Of a stretch of 64,000 nt of DNA, positions 1 through 11,753 are shown in pieces. Source of the stretch: Streptococcus mitis (lineage in GTDB: Bacteria > Bacillota > Bacilli > Lactobacillales > Streptococcaceae); contig CAUPZW010000008.1 in assembly GCA_963515655.1 (NCBI GenBank), positions 5,019-69,018 of the forward strand. The letters run 5' to 3'. A program made the translations under genes and the position numbers. Each line of letters opens with the position of its first letter. Position 1 is the first letter of the stretch. Under the pieces are notes generated by a model. That model made no database searches. It was not told the origin of the DNA and saw only the letters and a program-made list of their open reading frames with translations.

Positions 1-852
1 GCCTTGAAAAAGGCAGAAGATGCCTTGGCAGTCTTGGGTGAGGATTACTTGAGCCGTGTTAAACGTGCCTTCAGCGAGCGTTGGATTGATGTTTACGAAA
101 ACCAAGGCAAGCGTTCAGGTGCCTACTCTGGCGGTTCTTACGATACCAATGCCTTTATGCTCCTAAACTGGCAGGACAATCTAGACAATCTCTTTACTCT
201 TGTCCATGAGACTGGTCACAGTATGCACTCAAGCTATACTCGTGAAACGCAGCCTTATGTTTACGGAGATTATTCTATCTTCTTGGCTGAGATTGCCTCA
301 ACGACCAATGAAAATATCTTGACGGAGAAATTATTGGAAGAAGTGAAAGACGACGCAACGCGCTTTGCTATTCTCAATAACTTCCTAGACGGTTTCCGTG
401 GAACAGTTTTCCGCCAAACTCAATTTGCTGAGTTTGAACACGCGATTCACCAAGCGGATCAAAATGGGGAAGTCTTGACAAGTGATTTCCTAAATAAACT
501 CTATGCAGACTTGAACCAAAAGTATTATGGTTTGAGTAAGGAAGACAATCCTGAAATCCAATACGAGTGGGCACGCATTCCACACTTCTACTATAACTAC
601 TATGTATACCAATATTCAACAGGCTTTGCAGCAGCCTCAGCCTTGGCTGAAAAGATAGTCCATGGTAGTCAAGAAGACCGTGACCGCTATATCGACTACC
701 TCAAGGCAGGTAAGTCTGACTATCCACTTAATGTCATGAGAAAAGCTGGTGTTGATATGGAGAAGGAAGACTACCTCAACGATGCCTTTGCAGTCTTTGA
801 ACGTCGTTTGAATGAGTTTGAAGCCCTTGTTGAAAAATTAGGATTGGCATAA
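1..852 (+). CDS. pepF: Oligoendopeptidase F (M3B metallopeptidase), C-terminal part; 5' end lies outside the window
   Basis: The frame is open from base 1. It carries the HETGHSMH (HExxH) zinc motif and a typical PepF C-terminal region. Confidence 0.9.
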   Translation, partial: ALKKAEDALAVLGEDYLSRVKRAFSERWIDVYENQGKRSGAYSGGSYDTNAFMLLNWQDNLDNLFTLVHETGHSMHSSYTRETQPYVYGDYSIFLAEIASTTNENILTEKLLEEVKDDATRFAILNNFLDGFRGTVFRQTQFAEFEHAIHQADQNGEVLTSDFLNKLYADLNQKYYGLSKEDNPEIQYEWARIPHFYYNYYVYQYSTGFAAASALAEKIVHGSQEDRDRYIDYLKAGKSDYPLNVMRKAGVDMEKEDYLNDAFAVFERRLNEFEALVEKLGLA

Positions 853-853
853 G

Positions 854-1567
854 ATGGTTGAATCGTATAGTAAAAATGCCAATCATAATATGCGTCGCCC
901 TGTTGTCAAGGAAGAAATTGTGGACTTGATGCGTCAGCGTCAAAAGCAAGTAACAGGTTCTTTAAAAGAATTGGAAGACTTTGCCCGTAAGGAAAATATT
1001 CCCATTATTCCCCATGAAACGGTTGCTTATTTCCGTTTTCTCATGGAAACCATGCAACCTAAAAATATTTTGGAAATTGGGACGGCTATCGGTTTTTCAG
1101 CTCTCTTGATGGCAGAACATGCACCAAATACCAAAATTACAACCATTGACCGCAATCCAGAGATGATTGGATTTGCCAAGGAAAATTTTGCCCAGTTTGA
1201 CAGTCGCAAGCAAATCACGCTTTTAGAAGGAGATGCGGTAGATGTATTATCTACACTGACAGAGTCCTATGATTTCGTCTTTATGGACTCTGCCAAGTCT
1301 AAATACATCGTCTTTCTGCCAGAAATACTCAAACACTTGGACGTTGGAGGTGTGGTTGTCTTAGATGACATTTTCCAAGGTGGTGATGTTGCCAAGGATA
1401 TTATGGAAGTCCGTCGTGGCCAGCGAACTATTTATCGAGGCCTTCAAAGACTATTTGATGCAACCTTAGACAATCCAGGACTCACCGCAACATTAGTACC
1501 TCTGGGGGACGGTATTCTCATGCTTCGTAAAAATGTAGCAGATGTTCAACTGCCTGAAAGCGAATGA
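854..1567 (+). CDS. SAM-dependent O-methyltransferase (family 3, YrrM/TrmR-like)
   Basis: The ATG lies 1 nt after the pepF stop. It has a LEIGTAIGFS SAM-binding motif I and a VFMDSAK motif typical of caffeoyl-CoA-type O-methyltransferases. Confidence 0.8.
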   Translation: MVESYSKNANHNMRRPVVKEEIVDLMRQRQKQVTGSLKELEDFARKENIPIIPHETVAYFRFLMETMQPKNILEIGTAIGFSALLMAEHAPNTKITTIDRNPEMIGFAKENFAQFDSRKQITLLEGDAVDVLSTLTESYDFVFMDSAKSKYIVFLPEILKHLDVGGVVVLDDIFQGGDVAKDIMEVRRGQRTIYRGLQRLFDATLDNPGLTATLVPLGDGILMLRKNVADVQLPESE

Positions 1568-1633
1568 TTTTCAGAAAAATTTAAGAAAATATAGTAAAAT
1601 AGATAGGGTAACACTTATCTCAAAGGAGTAGAC

Positions 1634-2572
1634 ATGAAGAAAAAACTATTGGCAGGTGCCATTACACTATTATCAGTAGCAACTTTAGCAGCTTGTTCGA
1701 AAGGTTCAGAAGGGGCAGACCTTATCAGCATGAAAGGGGATGTCATCACAGAACATCAATTTTATGAGCAAGTGAAAAGCAACCCTTCAGCTCAACAAGT
1801 GTTGTTGAACCTGACCATCCAAAAAGTATTTGAGAAACAATATGGCTCAGAAGTAGATGACAAAGAAGTCAATGACACTATTGCCGAAGAAGAGAAACAA
1901 TATGGTGACAACTACCAACGTGTCTTATCACAAGCAGGTATGACCCTTGAAACACGTAAAGCTCAAATTCGTACAAGTAAATTGGTTGAGTTGGCAGTTA
2001 AGAAGGCAGCAGAAGCTGAATTGACAGATGATGCTTATAAGAAAGCCTTTGATGAATACACTCCAGATGTAACGGCTCAAATCATTCGTCTTGATAATGA
2101 GGATAAAGCGAAAGAAATTCTTGAAAAAGCCAAGGCAAGTGGCGCAGATTTCGCTCAATTAGCTAAAGATAATTCGACAGATGAGAAAACCAAAGCGAAC
2201 GGTGGAGAAATCACTTTTGACTCTGCTTCAACAGAAGTACCAGATCAAGTTAAGAAAGCAGCTTTCGCCTTGGATGTTAACGGGGTTTCTGATGTCATTA
2301 CAGCTACTGGAACACAAGCCTACAGCAGCCAATATTACATTGTAAAACTCACTAAGAAAACAGAAAAATCATCAAATATTGATGACTATAAAGAAAAATT
2401 AAAAACTGTTATCTTAACTCAAAAACAAAATGATGCATCATTTGTTCAAAGCATTATCGGAAAAGAATTGCAAGCAGCTAATATCAAGGTTAAAGATCAA
2501 GCCTTCCAAAATATCTTCACTCAATATATCGGTGGTGGAGATTCAAGCTCAAGCAGTTCATCAAAAGAATAA
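1634..2572 (+). CDS. prsA: Foldase lipoprotein PrsA/PpmA (parvulin-type PPIase family)
   Basis: A GGAG RBS precedes it. It has a signal peptide with an LAAC lipobox, PrsA-like sequence and a Ser-rich tail. Confidence 0.85.
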   Translation: MKKKLLAGAITLLSVATLAACSKGSEGADLISMKGDVITEHQFYEQVKSNPSAQQVLLNLTIQKVFEKQYGSEVDDKEVNDTIAEEEKQYGDNYQRVLSQAGMTLETRKAQIRTSKLVELAVKKAAEAELTDDAYKKAFDEYTPDVTAQIIRLDNEDKAKEILEKAKASGADFAQLAKDNSTDEKTKANGGEITFDSASTEVPDQVKKAAFALDVNGVSDVITATGTQAYSSQYYIVKLTKKTEKSSNIDDYKEKLKTVILTQKQNDASFVQSIIGKELQAANIKVKDQAFQNIFTQYIGGGDSSSSSSSKE

Positions 2573-2733
2573 AACAGAAAAGGGCCAAGTGCTCTTTTTC
2601 TTATGACAAAAATAGTCTATCTGAAGGGTAAGAGTTTTTTTCTTTCGGAAAAAATGGTATAATAGCAATCAAAACTAGAAAATAAACGGAATTTGGGAAT
2701 AATTTCTTTTGTTCTCATTAGATTGGTGATACT

Positions 2734-3957
2734 ATGAAGATTAGTAAGAGGCACCTATTAAACTATTCTATCCTAGTTCCTTACTTACTTTTATCTATTT
2801 TGGGCTTGATTGTAGTCTATTCTACAACCAGTGCCATTCTAATCGAAGAAGGTAAAAGTGCCCTGCAATTGGTTCGAAGTCAGGGAATGTTTTGGGTATT
2901 TAGTTTAATATTGATTGCCTTGATATATAAGCTGAAACTGAATTTTTTAAGAAAAGAACGACTTTTATTTATTGTTATGTTTATTGAGCTAATTCTCTTA
3001 GCTCTGGCTCGTATAATTGGTACACCAGTCAATGGAGCCTATGGTTGGATTTCAGTAGGACCTTTGACCATTCAGCCAGCTGAGTATTTGAAGATTATCA
3101 TCGTCTGGTACTTAGCTCAGCGTTTTTCAAAACAACAGGATGAAATTGCTGTTTATGATTTCCAAGTTTTAACTCAAAATCAATGGATTCCTCGTGCTTT
3201 TAATGATTGGCGCTTTGTCCTTTTGGTAATGATAGGAAGTCTGGCTATTTTCCCAGATTTGGGGAATGCTACTATCCTAGCTTTGGTTGCCTTGATTATG
3301 TATACAGTTAGTGGAATTGCTCATCGTTGGTTTGTAGCTTTTATCGGTCTTTTGTTTGGCGTTTCTGCCCTTTCCTTAACAGCTATTGATATGATAGGGG
3401 TTGATAAGTTTTCAAAAGTTCCAGTATTTGGTTACGTTGCCAAGCGTTTCAGTGCCTACTTTAATCCCTTTGCTGACTTGGCAGGAGCAGGCCACCAACT
3501 CGCAAATTCTTACTTTGCCATGGTAAATGGTGGATGGTTTGGTCTAGGTTTAGGAAACTCAATCGAAAAACGAGGCTATTTACCAGAAGCCCATACAGAC
3601 TTTGTATTTTCAATTGTCATTGAAGAGTTTGGATTTGTGGGAGCTAGCTTGATTTTAGCACTTGTCTTTTTCCTAATTTTGCGAATTATCCTAGTCGGTA
3701 TTCGTGCTAAGAATCCCTTTAATTCCATGATGGCGATTGGGGTTGGTGGTATGATGTTGGTCCAGGTCTTTGTCAATATCGGTGGAATTTCTGGAATTAT
3801 TCCTTCGACAGGAGTAACCTTCCCCTTCTTGTCGCAAGGAGGGAATAGTCTTCTGGTCTTGTCTGTAGCCATCGCCTTTGTCTTAAATATTGACGCAAGT
3901 GAAAAACGTGCCCAATTGTATGAGGAGTTAGAAGCTCACTCATCAAACTATATGTAG
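2734..3957 (+). CDS. ftsW: SEDS-family peptidoglycan polymerase FtsW/RodA
   Basis: It is a polytopic membrane protein with the conserved GVTFPFLSQGGNS SEDS C-terminal motif. Confidence 0.85.
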   Translation: MKISKRHLLNYSILVPYLLLSILGLIVVYSTTSAILIEEGKSALQLVRSQGMFWVFSLILIALIYKLKLNFLRKERLLFIVMFIELILLALARIIGTPVNGAYGWISVGPLTIQPAEYLKIIIVWYLAQRFSKQQDEIAVYDFQVLTQNQWIPRAFNDWRFVLLVMIGSLAIFPDLGNATILALVALIMYTVSGIAHRWFVAFIGLLFGVSALSLTAIDMIGVDKFSKVPVFGYVAKRFSAYFNPFADLAGAGHQLANSYFAMVNGGWFGLGLGNSIEKRGYLPEAHTDFVFSIVIEEFGFVGASLILALVFFLILRIILVGIRAKNPFNSMMAIGVGGMMLVQVFVNIGGISGIIPSTGVTFPFLSQGGNSLLVLSVAIAFVLNIDASEKRAQLYEELEAHSSNYM

Positions 3958-3981
3958 AGCTGAGAGTGGAAAGGATTACCT

Positions 3982-6678
3982 ATGTCTCTTCAAAAATTAG
4001 AAAACTATAGTAATAAAGCTGTCGTGCAAGAAGAAGTGTTGATTTTAACAGAATTGTTAGAAGATATCACTAAAAACATGCTTGCCCCAGAGACTTTTGA
4101 AAAAATCATGGAGTTGAAAGAATTATCAACTCAAGAAGATTATCAAGGCTTGAACCAATTGGTTACTAGCCTGACAAATGATGAAATGGCTTATATTTCA
4201 CGCTATTTTTCTATCTTGCCCCTTTTGATTAATATCTCAGAAGACGTGGACTTGGCCTATGAAATCAACCATCAAAATAATATAGATCAAGATTATCTTG
4301 GTAAATTATCAGCAACGATTAAAATGGTTGCAGAAAAAGAAAATGCGGTTGAAATTTTAGAACATTTGAATGTTGTCCCTGTTTTGACAGCCCATCCAAC
4401 ACAAGTGCAACGTAAGAGTATGCTGGATTTGACTAACCATATCCACACCCTCTTGCGTAAGTACCGTGATGTGAAATTAGGCTTGATTAATAAGGAAAAA
4501 TGGCATAATGATCTCCGTCGTTACATTGAGATTATCATGCAGACAGACATGATTCGTGAAAAGAAATTGAAAGTTACCAATGAAATCACGAATGTTATGG
4601 AATACTACAATAGTTCATTCCTGAAAGCTGTTCCTCATTTGACTGCTGAGTACAAGCGCCTGGCTAAAAAACATGGCTTGGAGTTGAAACATCCTAAACC
4701 AATTACCATGGGAATGTGGATTGGTGGAGACCGTGATGGGAATCCCTTTGTTACAGCAGATACCTTGAAACAATCTGCCATGACTCAGTGTGAAGTCATC
4801 ATGAACTACTATGATGAAAAGATTTACCAACTTTATCGTGAATTCTCTCTCTCAACAAGTATTGTCAATGTCAGCAAGCAAGTCAGAGAAATGGCTCGCC
4901 AATCCAAGGATAACTCAATCTACCGTGAAAAAGAGCTTTACCGCCGTGCCTTGTTTGATATTCAATCAAAAATCCAAGCGACAAAAGCTTATCTGATTGA
5001 AGATAAGGAAGTTGGGGCTCGCTATGAAACGGCCAATGATTTTTATAAGGACTTAATTACCATTCGTGATTCCCTCTTGGAAAATAAGGGTGAAGCACTG
5101 ATTTCTGGTGATTTTGTTGAGTTGATCCAGGCAGTTGAAATTTTTGGTTTCTATTTGGCATCTATTGACATGCGCCAAGATTCTAGTGTTCATGAAGCTT
5201 GTGTAGCCGAACTCTTGAAATCAGCTGGTATTCATTCGCATTATAGCGAACTAAGTGAAGAAGAAAAATGCCAGCTTCTCTTGAAAGAATTAGAAGAAGA
5301 TCCACGTATTCTTTCTGCCACTCACGTTGAAAAATCAGAGTTACTTGAAAAAGAATTGGCCATCTTTAAAGCTGCTCGTAAGTTGAAAGATAAGTTGGGT
5401 GATGATGTTATTCGTCAAACCATTATTTCACATGCAACCAGCGTATCAGATATGTTGGAATTGGCTATCTTGCTAAAAGAAGTAGGGTTAGTTGATAAAG
5501 AAAGAGCCCGTGTCCAAATCGTTCCTCTCTTTGAAACAATTGAGGACTTGGACCACTCAGAAGAAACTATGAGAGAATACCTTTCTCTTCCTCTTGCTAA
5601 GAAATGGATTGCTTCACGTAATAACTACCAAGAAATCATGCTTGGTTACTCTGATAGTAATAAAGATGGTGGCTACCTATCATCATGTTGGACCCTCTAC
5701 AAGGCTCAACAACAATTGACTGCTATTGGAGATGAATTTGGCGTTAAGGTTACCTTCTTCCATGGCCGTGGTGGGACTGTCGGTCGTGGTGGTGGACCAA
5801 CCTATGAAGCCATCACATCTCAACCGCTCAAGTCTATCAAGGATCGTATCCGTTTGACGGAGCAGGGTGAAGTAATTGGGAATAAATACGGTAACAAAGA
5901 CGCAGCTTACTATAACCTTGAAATGCTAGTATCTGCAGCTATTAACCGTATGATTACGCAGAAGAAGAGCGACACCAATACATCCAATCGCTATGAAGCC
6001 ATTATGGACCAAGTAGTAGACCGTAGTTATGATATCTACCGTGATTTAGTCTTTGGTAATGACCATTTCTATGATTATTTCTTTGAGTCAAGTCCAATTA
6101 AGGCTATTTCAAGCTTTAATATCGGTTCACGTCCAGCTGCTCGTAAGACCATTACAGAAATCGGTGGTTTGCGTGCTATTCCATGGGTCTTCTCATGGTC
6201 GCAAAGTCGTGTGATGTTCCCTGGCTGGTATGGAGTTGGTTCAAGCTTCAAAGAATTTATCGATAAAAATCCAGAGAATATCGCTATCTTACGAGATATG
6301 TATCAAAATTGGCCTTTCTTCCAATCACTTCTTTCAAACGTTGACATGGTCTTGTCAAAATCAAATATGAATATTGCTTTTGAATATGCCAAACTTTGTG
6401 AAGATGATCAAGTAAAAGCAATCTATGAGACTATTCTAAATGAATGGCAAGTTACCAAGGAAGTTATCTTGGCTATCGAAGGTTATGATGAACTTTTGGC
6501 TGAAAATCCATATCTAAAAGCAAGTTTAGATTATCGTATGCCATACTTTAATATTCTTAACTACATCCAGTTGGAGTTGATTAAACGTCAACGCCGAGGA
6601 GAATTATCAAGCGATCAAGAAAAATTAATCCATACAACCATCAACGGAATTGCAACAGGATTGCGTAATTCAGGCTGA
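3982..6678 (+). CDS. ppc: Phosphoenolpyruvate carboxylase
   Basis: The 898-aa product carries [18 protein letters not shown] and [14 protein letters not shown] signature motifs and the C-terminal NSG. Confidence 0.96.
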   Translation: MSLQKLENYSNKAVVQEEVLILTELLEDITKNMLAPETFEKIMELKELSTQEDYQGLNQLVTSLTNDEMAYISRYFSILPLLINISEDVDLAYEINHQNNIDQDYLGKLSATIKMVAEKENAVEILEHLNVVPVLTAHPTQVQRKSMLDLTNHIHTLLRKYRDVKLGLINKEKWHNDLRRYIEIIMQTDMIREKKLKVTNEITNVMEYYNSSFLKAVPHLTAEYKRLAKKHGLELKHPKPITMGMWIGGDRDGNPFVTADTLKQSAMTQCEVIMNYYDEKIYQLYREFSLSTSIVNVSKQVREMARQSKDNSIYREKELYRRALFDIQSKIQATKAYLIEDKEVGARYETANDFYKDLITIRDSLLENKGEALISGDFVELIQAVEIFGFYLASIDMRQDSSVHEACVAELLKSAGIHSHYSELSEEEKCQLLLKELEEDPRILSATHVEKSELLEKELAIFKAARKLKDKLGDDVIRQTIISHATSVSDMLELAILLKEVGLVDKERARVQIVPLFETIEDLDHSEETMREYLSLPLAKKWIASRNNYQEIMLGYSDSNKDGGYLSSCWTLYKAQQQLTAIGDEFGVKVTFFHGRGGTVGRGGGPTYEAITSQPLKSIKDRIRLTEQGEVIGNKYGNKDAAYYNLEMLVSAAINRMITQKKSDTNTSNRYEAIMDQVVDRSYDIYRDLVFGNDHFYDYFFESSPIKAISSFNIGSRPAARKTITEIGGLRAIPWVFSWSQSRVMFPGWYGVGSSFKEFIDKNPENIAILRDMYQNWPFFQSLLSNVDMVLSKSNMNIAFEYAKLCEDDQVKAIYETILNEWQVTKEVILAIEGYDELLAENPYLKASLDYRMPYFNILNYIQLELIKRQRRGELSSDQEKLIHTTINGIATGLRNSG

Positions 6679-6804
6679 TACCTATCAATCTTCCTCTTTT
6701 CCATAGGGGAATTTTTTGAATAGTTCAAAAAAATGCTAAAAGAGTCTTGACAAGTAGTTGAAAAATGATATAATTTAAACATTCAGAAAAGTAATCATAT
6801 AAAC

Positions 6805-7019
6805 TTTTTAGAGAGTCTGTGGTAGCTGAAAACAGATAAGTGGTGATGATGAAAATTGGGCTGGATGTTATTTAGAATTTGAAATCATAAAAATTCGGTG
6901 AGCACACCTTACAGTGCATCTCGTGATTGCGAGACAGAGCGATAGGGAAATTCCCTATAATTGAGGTGGTACCGCGCATCGACGTCCTCACACAAGTTTT
7001 TTGTGTGAGGACTTTTTTG
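6805..7019 (+). promoter_or_regulatory. T-box riboswitch leader (probably Trp-specific) with intrinsic terminator
   Basis: It has an AGAGAG stem-I start at 6810 and the conserved T-box AATTGAGGTGGTACCGCG at 6959-6976. The antiterminator (TGAGG/CCTCA) competes with the terminator GTCCTCACACAA/TTGTGTGAGGAC plus T6 at 6984-7018. Several TGG triplets lie in the stem-I region. Confidence 0.85.
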
Positions 7020-7058
7020 ATGGAGGTTAGTATGGAAAGAAAACGATGGCGTCGCTTG

Positions 7059-7167
7059 TTTATACTCAATGAAAATCAAAAAGCAAACTAGGAAGCTAGC
7101 CGCAAGCTGTACTTGAGTACGGTAAGGCGACGCTGACGTGGTTTGAAGAGATTTTCGAAGAGTATTA
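7059..7167 (+). repeat. BOX interspersed repeat (boxA-boxC type)
   Basis: It runs from TTATACTCAATGAAAATCAAA.AGCAAACTAGGAAGCTAGCCGCA (boxA) to GCTGACGTGGTTTGAAGAGATTTTCGAAGAGTATTA (boxC). An inverted copy lies at 44574-44690. Confidence 0.85.
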
Positions 7168-7208
7168 GATAAGTGAAGTATTTTAAAGGAATAAAAAGGA
7201 GAAATAGA

Positions 7209-8204
7209 ATGAAAAATAAACGTTTAATTGGAATTATCGCTGCGTTAGCAGTTTTAGTAGCAGGAAGCTTGATTTACTCTTCAATGAATAAGCCAGAAGC
7301 TAAGAATGAAAAGAAAGTTGCCAAAGTTGGTGTCCTTCAATTTGTGAGCCATCCATCTCTTGATTTGATTTATAAAGGAATCCAAGATGGACTTGCAGAA
7401 GAAGGCTATAAAGATGACCAAATTAAAATCGATTTTATGAACTCAGAAGGTGACCAAAGTAAGGTTGCGACAATGAGTAAACAATTGGTCGCAAATGGCA
7501 ATGACCTTGTGGTTGGTATTGCAACACCAGCTGCTCAAGGATTGGCTAGTGCAACAAAAGACCTACCAGTTATCATGGCTGCTATTACAGACCCAATTGG
7601 TGCTAACTTGGTTAAAGATTTGAAAAAACCAGGTGGCAACATCACAGGGGTATCTGACCACAATCCAGCTCAACAACAAGTTGAACTCATCAAGGCTCTA
7701 ACACCAAATGTGAAAACAATCGGGGCTCTTTACTCAAGTAGCGAAGACAATTCAAAAACACAGGTCGAAGAATTTAAGGCTTATGCTGAAAAAGCAGGTT
7801 TGACAGTAGAAACATTTGCAGTTCCTTCAACAAATGAAATTGCTTCAACAGTTAACGTTATGACTAGCAAGGTCGATGCTATCTGGGTTCCAATTGATAA
7901 CACCATTGCATCGGGATTTCCAACGGTTGTCTCTAGTAATCAAAGTTCTAAGAAGCCAATTTATCCAAGTGCTACTGCTATGGTAGAAATAGGTGGTTTG
8001 GCATCAGTTGTAGTTGACCAACATGACCTTGGTGTGGCAACAGGCAAAATGATTGCGCAAGTCTTGAAAGGTGCAAAACCAGCCGATACCCCAGTCAATG
8101 TCTTTTCAACTGGTAAGTCAGTGATCAACAAAAAATTGGCACAAGAGCTAGGTATTACGATTCCTGAATCTGTTCTAAAAGAAGCAGGACAAGTGATTGA
8201 ATAA
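7209..8204 (+). CDS. ABC transporter substrate-binding protein (ABC_sub_bind/BMP-like family), membrane-anchored
   Basis: An AAGGAG RBS precedes the ATG at 7209, so the track's 7173 start is an upstream extension. It has an N-terminal TM anchor and sits downstream of the T-box. Confidence 0.85.
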   Translation: MKNKRLIGIIAALAVLVAGSLIYSSMNKPEAKNEKKVAKVGVLQFVSHPSLDLIYKGIQDGLAEEGYKDDQIKIDFMNSEGDQSKVATMSKQLVANGNDLVVGIATPAAQGLASATKDLPVIMAAITDPIGANLVKDLKKPGGNITGVSDHNPAQQQVELIKALTPNVKTIGALYSSSEDNSKTQVEEFKAYAEKAGLTVETFAVPSTNEIASTVNVMTSKVDAIWVPIDNTIASGFPTVVSSNQSSKKPIYPSATAMVEIGGLASVVVDQHDLGVATGKMIAQVLKGAKPADTPVNVFSTGKSVINKKLAQELGITIPESVLKEAGQVIE

Positions 8205-8279
8205 TCTGTAATGGAGGAGTTGGGGACATCTCCTCCAATTTTTTACAATAGAAAGCATATAGAAAAGGTTAAGAAACAG

Positions 8280-9146
8280 ATGATATTATCTATTATTTCT
8301 CAAGGATTTATCTGGGCTATTCTAGGTCTGGGAATCTTTATGACATTTAGGATTTTGAACTTTCCAGATATGACGACAGAAGGTTCCTTTCCTCTTGGAG
8401 GAGCTGTTGCTGTCACTTTGATAACGAAAGGTGTGAATCCTTTTTTAGCAACTCTTATTGCTGTAGGAGCAGGTTGTTTGGCTGGTATGGCAGCAGGACT
8501 TCTTTATACAAAAGGGAAGATCCCAACCTTGCTCTCAGGGATTTTGGTGATGACATCTTGTCACTCTATTATGCTCTTGATTATGGGACGTGCAAATTTA
8601 GGATTGCTTGGAACCAAGCAAATTCAAGATGCCTTGCCTTTTGATTCGGATTTGAACCAACTCTTGACAGGTCTTATCTTTGTGAGTATTGTCATTGCTC
8701 TCATGCTCTTTTTCTTGGACACTAAACTCGGACAAGCCTATATTGCTACAGGTGACAATCCTGATATGGCTAGAAGTTTCGGGATTCATACTGGACGCAT
8801 GGAGCTCATGGGCTTGGTTTTATCAAATGGTGTGATTGCCCTTGCAGGAGCTCTCATTGCCCAGCAAGAAGGTTATGCCGATGTATCTAGAGGAATCGGG
8901 GTTATTGTTGTGGGGCTTGCAAGTTTGATTATTGGAGAAGTTATCTTCAAGAGTTTGAGCTTGGCAGAACGTCTGGTTACCATCGTTGTAGGTTCTATCG
9001 CTTATCAATTCTTAGTGTGGGCAGTTATTGCGCTTGGCTTTAATACAAGTTACCTTCGTTTGTACAGCGCCGTGATTTTAGCAGTATGCCTCATGATTCC
9101 AACATTTAAGCAAACAATCTTGAAAGGAGCCAAGTTAAGCAAATGA
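8280..9146 (+). CDS. ABC transporter permease (partner of the 7209 binding protein)
   Basis: It is a multi-TM protein. The start is ambiguous between 8211 and 8280; I chose the internal ATG just before the first TM segment. Confidence 0.75.
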   Translation: MILSIISQGFIWAILGLGIFMTFRILNFPDMTTEGSFPLGGAVAVTLITKGVNPFLATLIAVGAGCLAGMAAGLLYTKGKIPTLLSGILVMTSCHSIMLLIMGRANLGLLGTKQIQDALPFDSDLNQLLTGLIFVSIVIALMLFFLDTKLGQAYIATGDNPDMARSFGIHTGRMELMGLVLSNGVIALAGALIAQQEGYADVSRGIGVIVVGLASLIIGEVIFKSLSLAERLVTIVVGSIAYQFLVWAVIALGFNTSYLRLYSAVILAVCLMIPTFKQTILKGAKLSK

Positions 9147-9901
9147 CAGCAATTGTAGAATTAAAAAATGCAACCAAAGTCGTTAAAAATGGCTTTGATG
9201 AAGAAAAGATTATTTTAAATGATGTTTCCTTAGAAATTTTTGAACAGAACTTTATTACGATTTTAGGTGGAAATGGTGCTGGTAAATCAACTCTCTTTAA
9301 CACTATTGCAGGAACCTTATCATTAACCAGTGGAACTATCCGTATTTTAGGTGAAGATGTTACCAAATTTTCACCAGAGAAGCGTGCTAAGTATCTGTCT
9401 CGTGTCTTCCAAGATCCAAAGATGGGGACAGCTCCTCGTATGACAGTGGCAGAGAATCTCTTGATTGCCAAGTTTCGTGGTGAAAAGCGTGGATTGTTAC
9501 CAAGACGTCTGGCTAGCTATAAGGATGAGTTTCAGGCTACCATTGAAAAAGTAGGAAATGGTCTTGAGAAACATTTGAATACACCGATTGAGTTCTTATC
9601 AGGTGGGCAAAGACAGGCCTTGAGTCTCTTGATGGCAACCTTGAAGCGACCTGAATTACTCTTGTTAGACGAGCATACTGCAGCCCTTGATCCAAAAACA
9701 AGTGTTGCCCTCATGGAATTGACGGATGAATTTGTCAAGAAAGACCAGTTGACAGCTCTTATGATTACTCATCACATGGAAGATGCTCTTAAGTATGGCA
9801 ATCGCTTGATTGTCATGAAAGAAGGACGGATTATCCAAGATTTGAACCAAGAAGATAAAGCAAAAATGAAAATCTCTGATTATTATCAACTCTTTGAATA
9901 A
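9143..9901 (+). CDS. ABC transporter ATP-binding protein
   Basis: It has Walker A GGNGAGKST, the signature LSGGQRQ and Walker B LLLLDEHT. Its start overlaps the permease stop by 4 nt. Confidence 0.9.
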   Translation: MTAIVELKNATKVVKNGFDEEKIILNDVSLEIFEQNFITILGGNGAGKSTLFNTIAGTLSLTSGTIRILGEDVTKFSPEKRAKYLSRVFQDPKMGTAPRMTVAENLLIAKFRGEKRGLLPRRLASYKDEFQATIEKVGNGLEKHLNTPIEFLSGGQRQALSLLMATLKRPELLLLDEHTAALDPKTSVALMELTDEFVKKDQLTALMITHHMEDALKYGNRLIVMKEGRIIQDLNQEDKAKMKISDYYQLFE

Positions 9902-9990
9902 AGTAGGGAAAATGAGTGAAATGGTTTACTTTTTTTCTGAAATAAAGTATACTATATAAAGTAAACTATGATAACATGGAGGTATTGTGT

Positions 9991-11751
9991 ATGGTTGACA
10001 AACAAGTCATTGAAGAAATCAAAAACAATGCCAACATTGTGGAAGTCATAGGGGATGTGATTTCTTTACAAAAGGCAGGACGGAACTATCTAGGGCTCTG
10101 TCCTTTTCATGGTGAAAAAACACCTTCTTTCAACGTTGTTGAGGATAAGCAGTTTTACCACTGTTTTGGTTGTGGTCGCTCGGGTGATGTCTTTAAGTTC
10201 ATCGAGGAGTACCAAGGTGTTCCCTTTATGGAGGCTGTCCAAATCTTAGGTCAGCGTGTTGGGATTGAGGTTGAAAAACCGCTTTATAGTGAACAGAAGC
10301 CAGCCTCGCCTCACCAAGCTCTTTATGATATGCACGAAGATGCAGCCAAATTTTATCATGCTATTCTCATGACAACGACCATGGGGGAAGAGGCCAGAAA
10401 CTACCTTTATCAGCGTGGTTTGACAGATGAAGTGCTCAAGCATTTTCGGATTGGTTTAGCACCTCCAGAACGAAACTATCTCTATCAACGTTTGGCTGGT
10501 CAGTATCGTGAAGAGGATTTTCTAGATTCAGGGCTATTTTACCTATCAGATGCCAATCAATTTGTAGATACATTTCACAATCGCATTATGTTTCCCCTGA
10601 CAAATGATCAGGGAAAGGTGCTTGCCTTCTCAGGTCGTATCTGGCAGAAAACGGATTCACAAACTTCTAAGTATAAAAATAGCCGATCAACAGCAATTTT
10701 TAACAAAAGTTACGAATTATATCATATGGATAGGGCAAAAAAATCTTCTGGTAAAGCCAGTGAGATTTACCTCATGGAAGGGTTCATGGATGTCATTGCA
10801 GCCTATCGGGCTGGAATCGAAAATGCTGTGGCGTCTATGGGAACGGCCTTGAGTCATGAGCATGTTGAGCATCTGAAAAGGTTAACCAAGAAGTTAGTTC
10901 TGGTATACGATGGCGATAAGGCTGGACAAGCTGCGACATTGAAAGCCTTGGATGAAATTGGCGATATGCCTGTGCAAATCGTCAGTATGCCTGATAACTT
11001 GGATCCAGATGAGTATCTACAAAAAAATGGCCCAGAAGACTTGGCCTATCTATTAACGAAAACTCGTATTAGTCCCATTGAGTTCTACATTCACCATTAT
11101 AAGCCTGAAAACAGTGAAAATCTGCAGGCTCAGATTGAGTTTATTGAAAAAATAACTCCCTTGATTGTTCAAGAAAAGTCTATCACTGCTCAAAATAGCT
11201 ATATTCATATTTTAGCTGACAGTCTGGCGTCCTTTGATTATGCTCAGATTGAGCAGATTGTTAATGAGAGTCGACAGGCACAAAGACAGAATCGCATGGA
11301 ATGGATTTCCAGGCCGACGCCAATCACCATGCCTGTCACCAAGCAGTTATCGGCTATTATGAGGGCAGAAGCCCATCTACTTTATAGAATGATGGAATCC
11401 CCTCTTGTTTTGAATGATTACCGTTTGCGAGACGACTTTGCATTTGACACACCTGAATTTCAGCTCTTATATGATTTGCTTGGTCAGTATGGCAATCTTC
11501 CTCCAGAAGTTTTAGCAGAACAGACAGAGGAAGTTGAAAGAGCTTGGTATCAAGTCTTAGCTCAGGATTTACCTGCTGAGATGTCACCGCAGGAACTTAG
11601 TGAAGTAGAAATGACTCGAAACAAGGCTCTCTTGAATCAGGACAATATGAGAATCAAAAAGAAGGTGCAGGAAGCTAGCCATGTAGGAGATACAGACACA
11701 GCCTTAGAAGAATTAGAACGTTTAATTTCCCAAAAGAGAAGAATGGAGTAA
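9991..11751 (+). CDS. dnaG: DNA primase
   Basis: It has the [11 protein letters not shown]...CFGCG zinc finger and a TOPRIM region ([13 protein letters not shown]). A GGAGG RBS precedes the ATG at 9991. Confidence 0.95.
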   Translation: MVDKQVIEEIKNNANIVEVIGDVISLQKAGRNYLGLCPFHGEKTPSFNVVEDKQFYHCFGCGRSGDVFKFIEEYQGVPFMEAVQILGQRVGIEVEKPLYSEQKPASPHQALYDMHEDAAKFYHAILMTTTMGEEARNYLYQRGLTDEVLKHFRIGLAPPERNYLYQRLAGQYREEDFLDSGLFYLSDANQFVDTFHNRIMFPLTNDQGKVLAFSGRIWQKTDSQTSKYKNSRSTAIFNKSYELYHMDRAKKSSGKASEIYLMEGFMDVIAAYRAGIENAVASMGTALSHEHVEHLKRLTKKLVLVYDGDKAGQAATLKALDEIGDMPVQIVSMPDNLDPDEYLQKNGPEDLAYLLTKTRISPIEFYIHHYKPENSENLQAQIEFIEKITPLIVQEKSITAQNSYIHILADSLASFDYAQIEQIVNESRQAQRQNRMEWISRPTPITMPVTKQLSAIMRAEAHLLYRMMESPLVLNDYRLRDDFAFDTPEFQLLYDLLGQYGNLPPEVLAEQTEEVERAWYQVLAQDLPAEMSPQELSEVEMTRNKALLNQDNMRIKKKVQEASHVGDTDTALEELERLISQKRRME

Positions 11752-11753
11752 TA

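Noticed and set aside
2531-2569. The poly-serine tail of PrsA (GGGDSSSSSSSKE), considered as an unusual feature.
   Set aside because: Low-complexity C-terminal tails are common in streptococcal surface lipoproteins, so this is not noteworthy by itself.
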